Below, in pieces: positions 1 to 12,200 of a stretch of 64,000 bases of DNA. Numbering within the stretch: position 1 is the stretch's first letter; each line of letters begins with the position of its first letter. The stretch covers positions 1,488,001 through 1,552,000 of the forward strand of contig OZ287087.1 in assembly GCA_965645245.1 (NCBI GenBank), written 5' to 3'. This DNA comes from Massalongia carnosa (taxonomy: Eukaryota). A program made the translations under genes and the position numbers. A model generated the notes under the pieces. That model saw nothing but the letters and a program-made list of their open reading frames with translations, made no database searches and was not told the origin of the DNA.

Positions 1-1138
1 TGGCTGCTACGACTTGCACAATGCAGACCTCATCGAGTTTCGAGGAGTGAACGCCTGTAACGTTTGCATGGCCGCCGGTGGGACGAACAAATGTGCCATC
101 GTCTACAAGAGTGGAATGGTAAATTTTCTCAAATTCTCCACTTCGCCGCTGATCAAATAGCAGGATTACACATTGGCAGCGTTTCAAGGTAGTTGCGACG
201 AGCCAATCCGTCAATGGCGGATTGAAAGTCTTCCGTTTGCCATGGCATTTTCGCGTGACGACCATTACATTGCCCTCAAATTCGCTTATCATTTACAACT
301 CTTTGATCCACTGACCAAAGGCACCATCCATCACCAATTACCATGTCAAAACAGTCGTTCCGGTCGAAGTAATCACCTGGTCACGTTTTCTCACGACAGT
401 TTATCAATCATCGCCTCCACGCGTTACGAGCCTGAAAAGGTCATTACGTATTGGAGTGAATGTACAAATCCGTCCAGAAATAACAAAGTTGAAAGTTGCG
501 CTCCATTTGTGAGTGACATATTTTTATCAACAACCAACAGCTAATACCCTTGATCTTTCTTCTCATCCTTCTCTTTTCTTCTTCCCCCAAACCTGCGCAT
601 TCGGCGCTTCCCTTTTTCCTTCATGATATTGCCGCGTGGTCCCTAGATTCATCGCATCTTATGTGGACAATAGGGCTTGGTCGGTGACGATGGCTTATCA
701 TCCCTCGTTTATTCTGGAGGCGCTACTCAAGGAGCCTTCCTTGCAACCTTCACCGAAAAGGGCTACCCAGCGTTTCTCAATCTCTCGGAAGCCAAACCTG
801 TCTCCAGAACTCTACGCAGCAATCACCACCAAGTTGGAGCGAGACTCCACTGTGCGGCGGTCTGCGCTGCCGGGAGCACCTTGGTCTTCATGAATCAACG
901 TAATGATATCTACTGGATAGTGGACGCGTTTGGCTCTGAAACGGGAACCCGGCATGTTGCCAATGTCAAACGGCCTACCTCCGTCAAGCGAGAAGTTGAG
1001 CTGGGAATGCCCAGTTCCGACGAAGTGTACGTTTTTTGGATCGAAAAGGGGAGGGGAAAGCTGGTGACTGTTGGGAGGTTAGGAGGAAAGAGTAAGCCAC
1101 TGGACCTGGACATTGACATGTCACACCTTGTGCCATAA
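1..1138 (+). CDS. 3' part of a spliced gene encoding a WD40/beta-propeller-like C-terminal domain (5' end outside window)
   Basis: ORFs 173-544 and 677-1138 joined by GT..AG introns (~119-160, ~509-673); blade-like motifs AMAFSRDDHYIAL, VTFSHDSLSIIAS, HCAAVCAAGSTLVFMN; stop at 1138. Confidence 0.55.
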
Positions 1139-2137
1139 TCAATGGCAAGTTTGTGATGGCGGTTTGTTGTCAGCAATACAACATTAGCCTTGATCTAACA
1201 GGATCCGACAGCGATACGGTAAGATCCTCCACGGAGTATCGCCCTAGTCGAATCCAAACCTTAGGTATCGCTGTGGTTTCGCGCGTGGTCTTTTCTCTCG
1301 TCGACGGTCTCCAATCACATGTGTTGTGTCATACGATTATCTATGGAGTACAGGGTACAGCTTGATTAAAGAACCCTGAACCTATGAACTAGGTGATAAT
1401 TGGGTTGTTTCTACTGTGGTATCCTGACATAATTTACCTTGGACGTGGTGATTGGCTGTTCGATTATTGGGGGCGTTTCCCAGTGCAGCAACTAATTACT
1501 ATGTACGAGAGGCAGTCACAGCTCAAGATACAGAAGGCTTCGCTTAAAAATTTTAACGTGAGAAGGTCTCGCCGTGTCGTAAGCCGACTTGGCTTTGTTG
1601 TGCCACGCATCTTTCGTTGCTCTTAACTAGAGAGAGCTTGTTAGCATTGGCCCACTAGAGGCAGATTTCAAGTCTTCTCTTTGGCTTGGCGTTATCGCAT
1701 GCTCGCTCTAGGTCGCGATCCCGGTAAAACTACCGGAAGATCCCGTCCGCCATATGGAATTGCTTGGCAAGGCTCAGGAGACCAGACGAATTCCTTGCGT
1801 AATGTGAAAACAAATGCGAGAAAGCAGACCTATCATGGTCTCGGCACGATTAGAAGCGACTTTCTTGAGTTGGAGCCTGAAGCTCGAAGGGGGCAATGTT
1901 AGCCGATACAGTAGGGGATGGCGCTATGTACCCCAAGACTCCAGAGCTCAGGGAAACTGGTCACCTTTTCTCATTACTCGATTCGCAGTCTTAGATACAT
2001 GTGTTGTTACTTCTTGAGCGGCCTGTATCGAGCGTACCTAAGTCTGGTTTCCAGTCGTTGAGCATCTCCGGACTTATTATTCTTTAATCAAGGCCATACG
2101 GGAGGCGCGCAAGCTTTGCGCATTCCCTCTGTTTACA

Positions 2138-4331
2138 ATGGGAAACTATGACATAGCGTCAACAGACACTTTGGAGCTGGACCAGCCAGAAAAAGCGGTG
2201 CCGACGGTGCCGGATTCAGAGAGCAGAAGGACATATGGCCCGACAGATCTGAGGTAGTTTCCCTCTGGCCGAACTCGTCTCCTTGGATACAAGAGTAGAA
2301 ATCATACTAATCGAATCCCTCATAGGCGCCGATTGGGCGAACGTCATGTCAACATGATTGCTTTCTCAGCGACGATGGGAATCGGTCTCTTCCTCCAGTC
2401 CGGCAAAGTGATATATCTCATCGGACCGGGTGGGGCTGTACTTGCATATTTGATTATGGCCACTGTGCTGTGGTCTGCTGTTGCCGGGTTGGGGGAGATG
2501 ACTGCCATCTTCCCAGTAAAAGGGCCGATTATTGATTTTCCTAGCCGCTACGTTGACGAAAGCGTTGGATTTGCTGTGGGCTGGATGGCTTGGTAGGGGG
2601 AGATGGTCATCTTGAACTTCAGTCGTTCATATGGCTGATGTTCTGTAGGTTCGCCTATGTTATCGTTGTCGCAACCGAGGTGACAGCCATCGCACAACTC
2701 TTCAATTTCGAGTTTTCCGAGGACTACCTTCGAGCTGTTGAATATCCGCAGGATACTCTGAGGTGGCAATTTGGACAAGACACTAGCCCCGCTGTTTGGG
2801 TCGGAATTTTTCTTCTCGCCATTCTGCTTATCAATCTTCTGCCCATTCGCGCGTATGGCGAGATTGAATATGTCTTTGGGTGTTTCAAGATGATCGTCAT
2901 TGCTGGCATGATTCTCTTCAACGTCATAATCAACGAACGAAACACACACCGCGGAGAGAACCGTAGTCGCTTTGAATTCTACCGATCACCGTACGGGTTT
3001 TTCTCAAGCAACACGACAACAGCAAGCGAAACTCAGACCTACGTTTATACCGGAGACACAGGGCGTCTGGTGGGCATGTGGTCGGCGATGAACACAATAT
3101 TCTTCTCCCTTCAGGGGTTTTTCACAGTCGCCATCACGGCTGCGGAAAACAAACATCTCGATCAAGACGAGAGTATTAAATTGGCTACCCGGAAGATTTC
3201 TCTTCGAATTATCCTGTTATATACACTCTTTGTCTTCACTGTTGGGCTTAATATCCCTTATAACGACCCCAACCTTCGCGATTACAGCATCAACTCCATC
3301 CGACGAGGACAATATTCCGCGATTGTCATTGCTTGCGTGCGTAGCCATATCACCGGCTGGCCACATTTCTTGAACGCGTTTTTCATCTTCTCGGCGTTCT
3401 CTACCGGGATCAACTCTCTTTACATCTCGAGCCGGATTTTACATGCTCTCGCAAATCTTCAGAATGTTTGGCCGCAAACGGGCTGGGCGCGCGCTCTCAA
3501 GACACGATTGGAGAGGACAACCAGTACAGGGGTGCCTGCCACTGCCATCTTTGTCAGCTGGCTTTTCGGACTGCTTGGGTTTCTCGCAGTTAAACCTTAT
3601 CCGTCAACGGTTCGCATCACTCCTTGTGCTCTCCTCCTTCCACTCACCCCGTTCCGCTTCTCCAAATGGCACCGAGAAGGCGAGTCGTGGAGTGAAATCT
3701 GTTATTGACGCGTTTCTTTCTAGATGTTAGGTCGCATGGCAATCAACTCGACAAGCTCAATGCTAGTGGTTTACGCCGCTGTTTGCGTAGCGTTCCTCAG
3801 CTTTAAAACACGGTTCGTTCCTCACACGAACCGTACTTGTGGTTTGGTTATAAATCTTTTCACTAATCCTGGCTTTTCTTTAGTACGGTGAACGGAGATG
3901 AGAACGAAGATATTGTCGTCCAGACAGACGAAGGCGTCCTTCTAAACCGCAACGCGAGAGACTACCCATATAAATCGCACATCCAGTGGTTACGCGCAGC
4001 GTACGCCCTTTGCGGCTGCGTTGTGCTCGCCATCTTCAACGGATGGAGATCCTTCCTGAAACCGTTCAGTCCGCCGGACTTCATTGCCTCGTACATCAGC
4101 GTCGCCATCTTCATCGTCCTGGTCGCCGCCTATCACGTCAAGGCCGAACGCGAGTGGAATCCGTTCCGTTGGTCGAGGCGGGCGACGATGGATATTGACA
4201 ATCCGGTTGCTACCCGTGAAAAAGACATGCGGAAACGACGGGGCAGGCTGCATCGTGCGAACCGGAAGACGTTCTTGTGCAGGGAGAACGCGAGGAGGAT
4301 GCTGGAGTTTGTTTGGGTTTGGCTCAAGTAG
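2138..4331 (+). CDS. APC-superfamily (YAT-type) amino-acid permease, 5 exons
   Basis: ATG 2138; exons approx. 2138-2253, 2326-2592, 2649-3609, 3724-3811, 3884-4331 with GT..AG introns; motifs LRRRLGERHVNMIA, LGEMTAIFPVKG, YGEIEYVF, NSLYISSRILHALA, YPYKSHIQW; many hydrophobic TM segments. Confidence 0.9.
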
Positions 4332-5168
4332 CCTTTTTGGTTCATGTGTCTGTCGTATTGATCACTTCTGTACAAGAATAATTGATGATTCGTTATGTCT
4401 TCGTTTAATTGTGTTGATTCTGATCAATAACGAAAGATTAAGAAACACGTAATATTTGCTAAACATATATTTCGATTTATCGTAATTATGAACTAATGAT
4501 TGCTTTAACATCATAAATCAAATATGAATTCCTATCAAGTTTTACAACGAAAATTGCGTGAATTGAGTAAATTGCGTTGAAGCAATAAAAATTCCCAAAT
4601 CTCAATCATTTAGAGCTTACGTGCTAGTCAGGACGAGGCGCGTCTTCGGGTATCAGTTGAGATCCAATGAAAAAACAAGGGGTTAATAAAGCAATTCTAT
4701 CGGCCAACTCTTCCCTCGCTGCTGATGGTTTTGCTGAGGATCTTGCCTCTAATGGCTTTGTTCGGGCAGCAGTGAGGGGAAAAGCCTCTTTCTACCTGTG
4801 CGGCTGAGTTTGGAGTGAATGAGAAAAAGGTCCTTATGGTCCTGGACTCTGAATCAATGGTGATGATGAGGAGAAGAGTGTCAAAGGCTACTTATTTATG
4901 CCCTTCTTTGCCCTCGGCCTTCATCGGCTATCCACGGCCTGCCTCCATTCGGTCCTAGCATTACCTTTCGCTCTAGCCGAATGACTTGCATGTACACCGC
5001 GGCAAGAGGTTCAGCCCCGCTATAAATATACAAAAGCCTTGCGCACTACTCTCAAGCTGTTCTGTCAATAATTATGTCAAGCTTTCGGTCATCTACAAAA
5101 CAAGGAGTTATATTAGCAGACCCAGAGCCAAACGACCTCGCGACAGCATTGAAGACCAACCGTCCAAT

Positions 5169-8100
5169 ATGGCTAGCGATCAAGTCTCGCATTGTTTGAA
5201 ATCGAGAAAAAGGAAACGAAGCTTGGTAAATTATCGGATTGCCTGATGTTACGTAGGCTGACCACTTCTTAAAACTAGACGGACAACCTGAACGGTCGGC
5301 CATCAATTGGCTCAAGAGTCCCGGCTGCCAAAGCAACAAGAACAGCGGAAGACAGCGTTGGAGTAGCCGCTTCAACTTCAAATCCACCGTCAGATGTCTC
5401 AGGCGTACCTAGCCCATGCCGTGGCAATGTTGCATCAGCGGTTTCAAAGACATATCGAATACGAGGCATACCACCTAAGCATACGAAAAAGCGGGTAGTA
5501 GAATTACTCCGAACAAGCTTAAATCTCGATTCAACCACAGGAAATATAACGGTTAGGTCGCTAGCTATGGCTCCCGATCAGAAATCGAGGATGGCTACGG
5601 TGTGCTTTCAAAGACACCCCGATTCACTTCCGCCAGATGAGAAGGAGTGGTCTATTGATATTCGTCAAGATGAGAATGACGAGAGTGATGATGACAACGA
5701 CGTCTTTCCCGCCGCACCTACAATAACTCTTGACACTCACTTCAAAGGCATTACGGTACTTCGATCCTTCAAAGAGGCCTCGGAGCACGAGATTGAGTAA
5801 ATATCTTCAAATAATGTGTCGTCATGTAGCTGACAGACGCAGTTGTATCGCAATCACAGGCCTTGGAGGTCATCCTTTTGGTTCTTTCAAAGAGCGAGAT
5901 GGACAACACATGTGGTTACGTGATTCACTTCCTACTGATCTTCCGCATGCTCGTGTCATGTTATACGGCTACGATACTCAGTTGCATGGCAGCCACACAT
6001 TTCAAGATCTCGAAGCACTGGCGAGTACCTTACGATCGGATTTGCAATGCCTAACATTGAAAAGCTCTTTCAATGATGTACCCCGAACATTCCCCTTGGT
6101 ATTTATTGCTCATAGTCTCGGCGGCCTTATCGTCAAGGAAGCTTTGATTCAAATGAAGCGCGACAAGAACCATCAAACATTTCTGAAATATATATATGGT
6201 GCCCTATTTTTTGGTGTGCCCAGTCAAGGAATGGATATTACTTCGCTTATTCCAATGGTGAAAGGCCAACCTAACCAAGCTCTGCTACATCTGATTGGAA
6301 AAGAATCTCAAATCCTGCGAAATCAATGCAGAGATTTCCCCAAGGCGTTCGATTATCAAGACTCGGAAATAGTATGCTTTTATGAAACCGTGATGTCACC
6401 GACTGCAGCGCTTGTAATTATTACACCCAAATAGCTCATTACTTTTGCGTTTTGACTGACTTCTTCTAGCACGAAACAACGTGGAGTATGACAGGCCCGC
6501 CTTGTGTCCTAGTTGATAGCTCATCCGCAACACATTGCCGACCCTGGGAGAACGAAGCGCATCATGTGCAGGCGATCCAGAAAACTCATTCAGATTTGGT
6601 CAAGTTCGGTAAACATGACGATGATTATAAAAGGGTTTTAAGTGTACTTGAGCGATTTGCATCTGATGCTATAAAAGTAATTCCTCGTGGAATGTCCGTT
6701 GTTGAAGGTAAATAGAGATGATTTATCTCGTTTATAGAATGCATAAAAAACTCTTGAATATCTACCGTAACTTCGCTGATGATAAATAAAAGCCAAATAC
6801 CTCAACCGCATACGTCAATGGTTATCTCCTTCAGATGTAGCGGCTAATCACGAACGAGCGCGAGGCCAGCGTCAGCCAAAGACTGGTTTATGGTTTATCA
6901 ACGGCGACTCGTTTTCAAACTGGAAGAGATCGGTCGGTTCATTCTTATGGATATCTGGAATTCCTGGCTGTGGAAAGACTATTCTGAGTTCAACAGTTAT
7001 TGATCATGTGATGGACGAATATCGAAGTGATGCAGGCATTGCCACCGTTTACTTTTATTTTGATTTCAACGACAAAGAGAAGCAGAAGACGGAAAATCTT
7101 CTGTCTTCTTTGATCACACAGTTATCTGACCAGAGCAGTCAGCTTCCTAAATCGGTAGAGGAACTCTATGAAAGATCTCAGAAAGAAAAGGCTCGGCCGA
7201 CATTGGATGGACTTCAGAAAACTCTTATCAGTTTGTTTTCTTTATTCAATCAAGTTTATGTTCATCTTGATGCTTTAGATGAGTCCACTGACCGAAAACA
7301 GCTACTGAAGCTTCTTTCCTATATATGGAAAACTTCATCCGCTCATCTACATATTCTTGTCACTAGTCGAAAAGAAAGAGACCTTGAGTCAGCTTTGAAC
7401 AGCATGACTACAGAGTGTATCGGAATTGAAAGTGCAGAAGTAGATGTCGATATTAAATCATATGTTGAACATCAACTAGGGGAAGATCAGATGTTTGTGA
7501 ACTGGCCGATTGAAGCAAAAAAGGACATCACAACAGCATTGACGAGAGATGCTAATGGAATGTATGTCAACACGCAGCCAGTGTGTAGATCAAGCTAATT
7601 CTTAAAGGTTTCGGTGGGCTGCTTGTCAAATGGATGTTCTACGAGAATCAATTAGTCTCGATGATGTTAAAAAAGCGCTAAAGTCATTACCAAAAACACT
7701 TGACGAAACCTATGAAAGAATTCTTCAACGTATTCCAGAAAATCGCAGTAGTGACGCATTACGAATACTACAATGGCTGATATTCTCAGCACGTCCATTA
7801 CGAGTTGAAGAGGTTGCCGAGTTACTCGTATCTAATCCAGACATGAAAAATTGCGAGTTCAATGTCGAAAGACGCCCATTCAATCCTAAGGATATCGTTA
7901 CATATTGTGGGAGCCTTGTCACAGTTCAGGGTTCTTCAGGTGCCCAGGAAACGCTCAGACTGGCCCATTTCTCGGTTCAGGAATTTTTAGTCTCAGACCG
8001 AATAATAGCAAGCAGATGTGCATATTACAGCGTCGTCAGGCAATCAGCCAACATTCTGATAGCGCGAACGTGTCTTATATACCTCACGGAGATCCACAAA

Positions 8101-9264
8101 CAAAAGCTGTCAGTAAAGGACATGGTCCGAGTATTTTCACTAGCAAAATATGCGGCAAGTTATTGGGCTGCTCATATTAGAGCCGCAGAAGTCGCTGAAA
8201 ACGATGATATATATAAACAGACTGTTTGTTTTCTAGAATGTGAGCGAGCACGTTACAATTGGATTCAGCTCTTACAGCCTTATAGAAGCTGGGAAGGTCA
8301 TAATATTGCTCAAAAGTCGCGATTAGGATCCCCACCACTATATTATGCGTCTATGCTTGGATTGAATGAATCTGTTAAAATTTTACTCAAAAAGGGGGCG
8401 GACGTCAACGCGCAACGCGGATATTACGGCAACGCGCTGCAGGCGGCATCGGGGGAAGGTCGCGAGGCGGTGGTGCAGCTGCTGCTGGAGAAGGGGGCGG
8501 ACGTCAACGCGCAGGGTGGAAAGTACGGCAACGCGCTGCAGGCGGCATCGTCGGATGGTCACGAGGCGGTGGTGCAGCTGCTGCTCGAGAAGGGGGCGGA
8601 CGTCAACGCGCACGGCGGAGATTACGGCAACGCGCTGCAGGCGGCATCGTGGGGAGGTCACGAGGCGGTGGTGCAGCTGCTGCTCGAGAAGGGGGCGGAC
8701 GTCAACGCGCAGGACGGATACTACGGCAACGCGCTGCGGGCGGCATCGTCGGGAGGTCACGAGGCGGTGGTGCAGCTGCTGCTGGAGAAGGGGGCGGACG
8801 TCAACGTGCAGGGCGGAAAGTACGGCAACGCGCTGCATGCGGCATCGTCGGGAGGTCACGAGGCGGTGGTGCAGCTGCTGCTCGAGAAGGGGGCGGACGT
8901 CAACGCGCAGGGCGGATATTACGGCAACCCGCTGCAGGCGGCATCGTGGAGAGGTCACGAGGCGGTGGTGCAGCTGCTGCTCGAGAAGGGGGCGGACGTC
9001 AACGCGCACGGCGGAGATTACGGCAACGCGCTGCAGGCGGCATCGTGGGAAGGTCACGAGGCGGTGGTGCAGCTGCTGCTCGAGAAGGGGGCGGACGTCA
9101 ACGCGCAGGTCGGATATTACGGCAACCCGCTGCTGGCGGCATCGTGGGGAGGTTACGAGGCGGTGGTGCAGCTGCTGCTCGAGAAGGGGGCGGACGTCAA
9201 CGCGCAAGGCGGATGGTACAGCAACGCGCTGCAGGTGTTAAATGGTGAGGCTACCATCGGTTAG
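5169..9264 (+). CDS. Fungal NLR-like protein: SesB/DUF676-like alpha/beta hydrolase - NACHT - ankyrin repeats; C-terminus truncated by Copia LTR
   Basis: Spliced ORFs; hydrolase motifs GLGGHPFGSF, MWLRDSLP, AHSLGG, KTHSDLVKF; Walker A GIPGCGKT (~6957-6980), Walker B LDALDE; FRWAACQ and LAHFSVQEFL; ~9 ANK repeats; frame runs into the LTR at 9236 and stops at 9264. Confidence 0.9.
8390..9235 (+). repeat. Tandem array of ~8.5 near-identical 99-bp ankyrin-coding units
   Basis: Recurrent unit aagggggcggacgtcaacgcg...gaggcggtggtgcagctgctgct, visibly GC-rich compared with the rest of the gene. Confidence 0.95.
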
Positions 9265-12200
9265 ATGGTTAGGCTACCATCAATATAGGCATCCATCGTG
9301 AGTCCCACGGGTGCCTGCCAGGCATCTATAAGAGGTGCCTAACAGGCAGCTATGGGAGGCCTACAGCATTACTGTTATGTGACTGCTATAAAAGCAGGTA
9401 GATAGCCCACATAGATAATTACCTTCAATGACAATCATGCTACTATACCTACAAAGTGAATTTATATTTCATAGGTTATGAGCCCGGCTCACTTCTACTA
9501 CGTTTGAATAAGCCCCTACATTGATTGTCAAACAAACTCACCTCCACCTCTTCCACCTACCTCATTCTATATTATATATATATTCCTTTACATATCCCAC
9601 TTCAAAATCCGAGCAACCGAAGGGACCCTCTTTTTTTTTTTTTCCCGCTCAGTAACCCCTACTCTAAGCACGATGGCCAAAGGGGAGAGTCTATACACAT
9701 TCCCAAAGCTAATGGGGAGTGGAAACTATAAGAAATGGTCTAGAGACATGGCCTTCGCCCTGCAGGAGGCGGAACTTTGGAACTACGTGACTGGTGCTCG
9801 GAAAATGCCTCGAGAAATCCCCCCTCCACCTCAAAAAGCTGATGAGACACCCCCGGAGGAAACAGAGGAACAGCTAGAAAAGCGGGACAAACTGGACCTT
9901 GAACGCCTAGAGTTCTCGGAGAAACAAAGGAGAGTAGTTGGTAAAATAGGCAAGATGTGCACGGATGACGTGCAACAGGAATTCTTGTCGATGAGAGACC
10001 TAGCCAATGGGGGCATCTGGGACCCGAAGGACCTTTGGGAACACCTGAAAACCCGATACACCCTCAGAAATTGGAGTGCGAAATGGAGCACATTCAACCG
10101 GCTGGAGGAGATAAACTATGAAAAATGCAAGACCATCGAGGAGTATGGTAGCCTAGTCAGGGATATCAAGGCCGAAATCACCGACATGGCCCTGACCGTT
10201 GAGCACATTGTAGTGCTCAAACTCCTCAATGGACTCGGCAGTTCATTCAACACCTACCTGACCATCCTGAACGAACAAGCTCGGCGGGAGGACAAATTCC
10301 CGGCGTTGGATGACTTACTAAAAAACCTGGAGGACGAGGAGGCTCGTATGCGCCAGGACCCTGTCGCCGTAGCTAACATGGTGAAGGCAAAGGGGAAGAA
10401 GAACCCCACCGAAGAGGGTAAGAAAAAATGCAAATGCTGTGGTTATAATCACTCCGAAAAATGCAGGCATAGCAACGCTACATGTAGGAAGTGTAGTAAG
10501 ATTGGCCATCTGGAACGCGTTTGTGAAAGCAAAGAAGATAATGAAACCTCAAAACCCCAAATAGTTTGTACAATAAGGGAATGTTCCGGGAAAAGAACCC
10601 AGGAAACACCGCTTATTTGTATGGCAAATCTGTACCGAGGCCCCAAGAATGCCAACGATCTATTGATCGACTCCGGTGCCACCGCGCACATTATATGCAA
10701 TAAAGATCTCTTTCAAGAAGGGACTTTTCGGAGCGAAAATAGCTGTTTAAGAACAGGTTCCGGAGAGGTGTTATCGACAGAGGGGAAAGGCTCTCTACTC
10801 GTATCACTGGACAATGGAAATGGAGGTGTAACGGACCTCATTTTGACCAACGTCCTTTTCGCCCCCGACCTAAAATTCAACCTCATCAGTACAATACAAC
10901 TCGGCAAAAAGGGCATATCAACGTACCTAATGGCGGACGACGAGCCCGCTCAACTGGTGCATAAAGGAAAGTTGGTTGGACTGGCCAAAACAATAAATAA
11001 TCAGTATGTTTTGCAGACAACCACTATTAGCCCTACCGAAGCACGGGCCCTCACCACCACAAACGGTACAAAGGCTCCTATCCAAACATGGCACGAACGA
11101 CTCGGCCATCTCAGCTACCCAAACCTCCTAAAATTAAATCATTTAGCCAATGGAGTCACCATCGAAGGACCCATACCAGAAGAAGTATGCGGCTCATGCA
11201 TGATGGGAAGACAACAGCGGAAAATAAATCGCACTCCACGAACCCGAGCAACAGAATTTCTCGGAATAGTGCATAGCGACTTAGGGGGACCATTTCCACT
11301 GACAAGGTTCGGTGAACGTTTTTATGCTACGATGAAAGACGACTTCTCCGGGGTAGTGTGGATCTACCTGCTGAAAACAAAGGGTCAAACCTTCGAATGT
11401 TTTAAGCAGTTCAAGACATGGATAGAAAATCAATCGGGAAAGAAAATAAAGAGACTCCGAGCTGATGGAGGAGGGGAGTACACTAGTGGTGACTTCCAGG
11501 AATTCCTAAAGAGTGAAGGCATCCAGTGGGAGGCCCGGGCACCAAATGTGCCAGAACAGAATGGGAAGGCCGAAAGGCAAAATTATACCCTCATGGTCCC
11601 CACTCGGTCCATGATGAAGGCTAAAAAGCTCCCAAAGTCCCTTTGGGGGAGGTCCTGAAGACGGCCGGGTACATCAAGAATAGAAGTCCCGGGGTTGACG
11701 AGGTCACTCCATATGAACGCATGAATAATGCGAAACCCTTCCTCGGCCACATGAGAACGGTCGGGGCTAGGACGTGGGTACATATCCCAAAAGAGAAGCG
11801 CAAGAAGCTGGACGATAGGTCCTGGCTGGGGATATTGGTTGGGTATGAAGGAAACAATCAGTATCGAATTTACGATCCTCTCACTGGAAAAGTTCATGTT
11901 TGTCGCGATATCACCGTCGACGAAGGCAATATATATGATTCCAAGGACATAAAGGCCTGGGACCTAGCCGACATTCCATGGGAGGGAGACGATGATGCTT
12001 TGTTTGATGACCCAGATGATTTTGTTGATGAAAACAAGTCATAATCCGCCATCTTCGTTGTCTCCGAAAACTCCGAGCTCTGAAATATCGAGAAGTTCGG
12101 AATTTCAAAATGAAACGGCCCCACCAGCACCACGGATAGTGCTACAGCCAATGGGAGTAAATGCTTCGGGGGGAGGCCGAGAAGAGGAGAATGGGGGGGA

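Noticed and set aside
8390..9235. CRISPR-like regular repeats (also 59990-60200)
   Set aside because: Eukaryotic context, no unique spacers or cas genes; these are coding repeats and TE sub-terminal repeats.
8366..9248. Long alternative-frame and antisense ORFs over the ankyrin array
   Set aside because: By-product of a GC-rich 99-bp in-frame tandem repeat.
11640..11660. Programmed frameshifts inside Copia-1 integrase, Gypsy pol (~28420, ~30670) and the LINE ORFs
   Set aside because: Single-base slips, several in homopolymers and inside conserved domains; decay or sequencing error is more likely.
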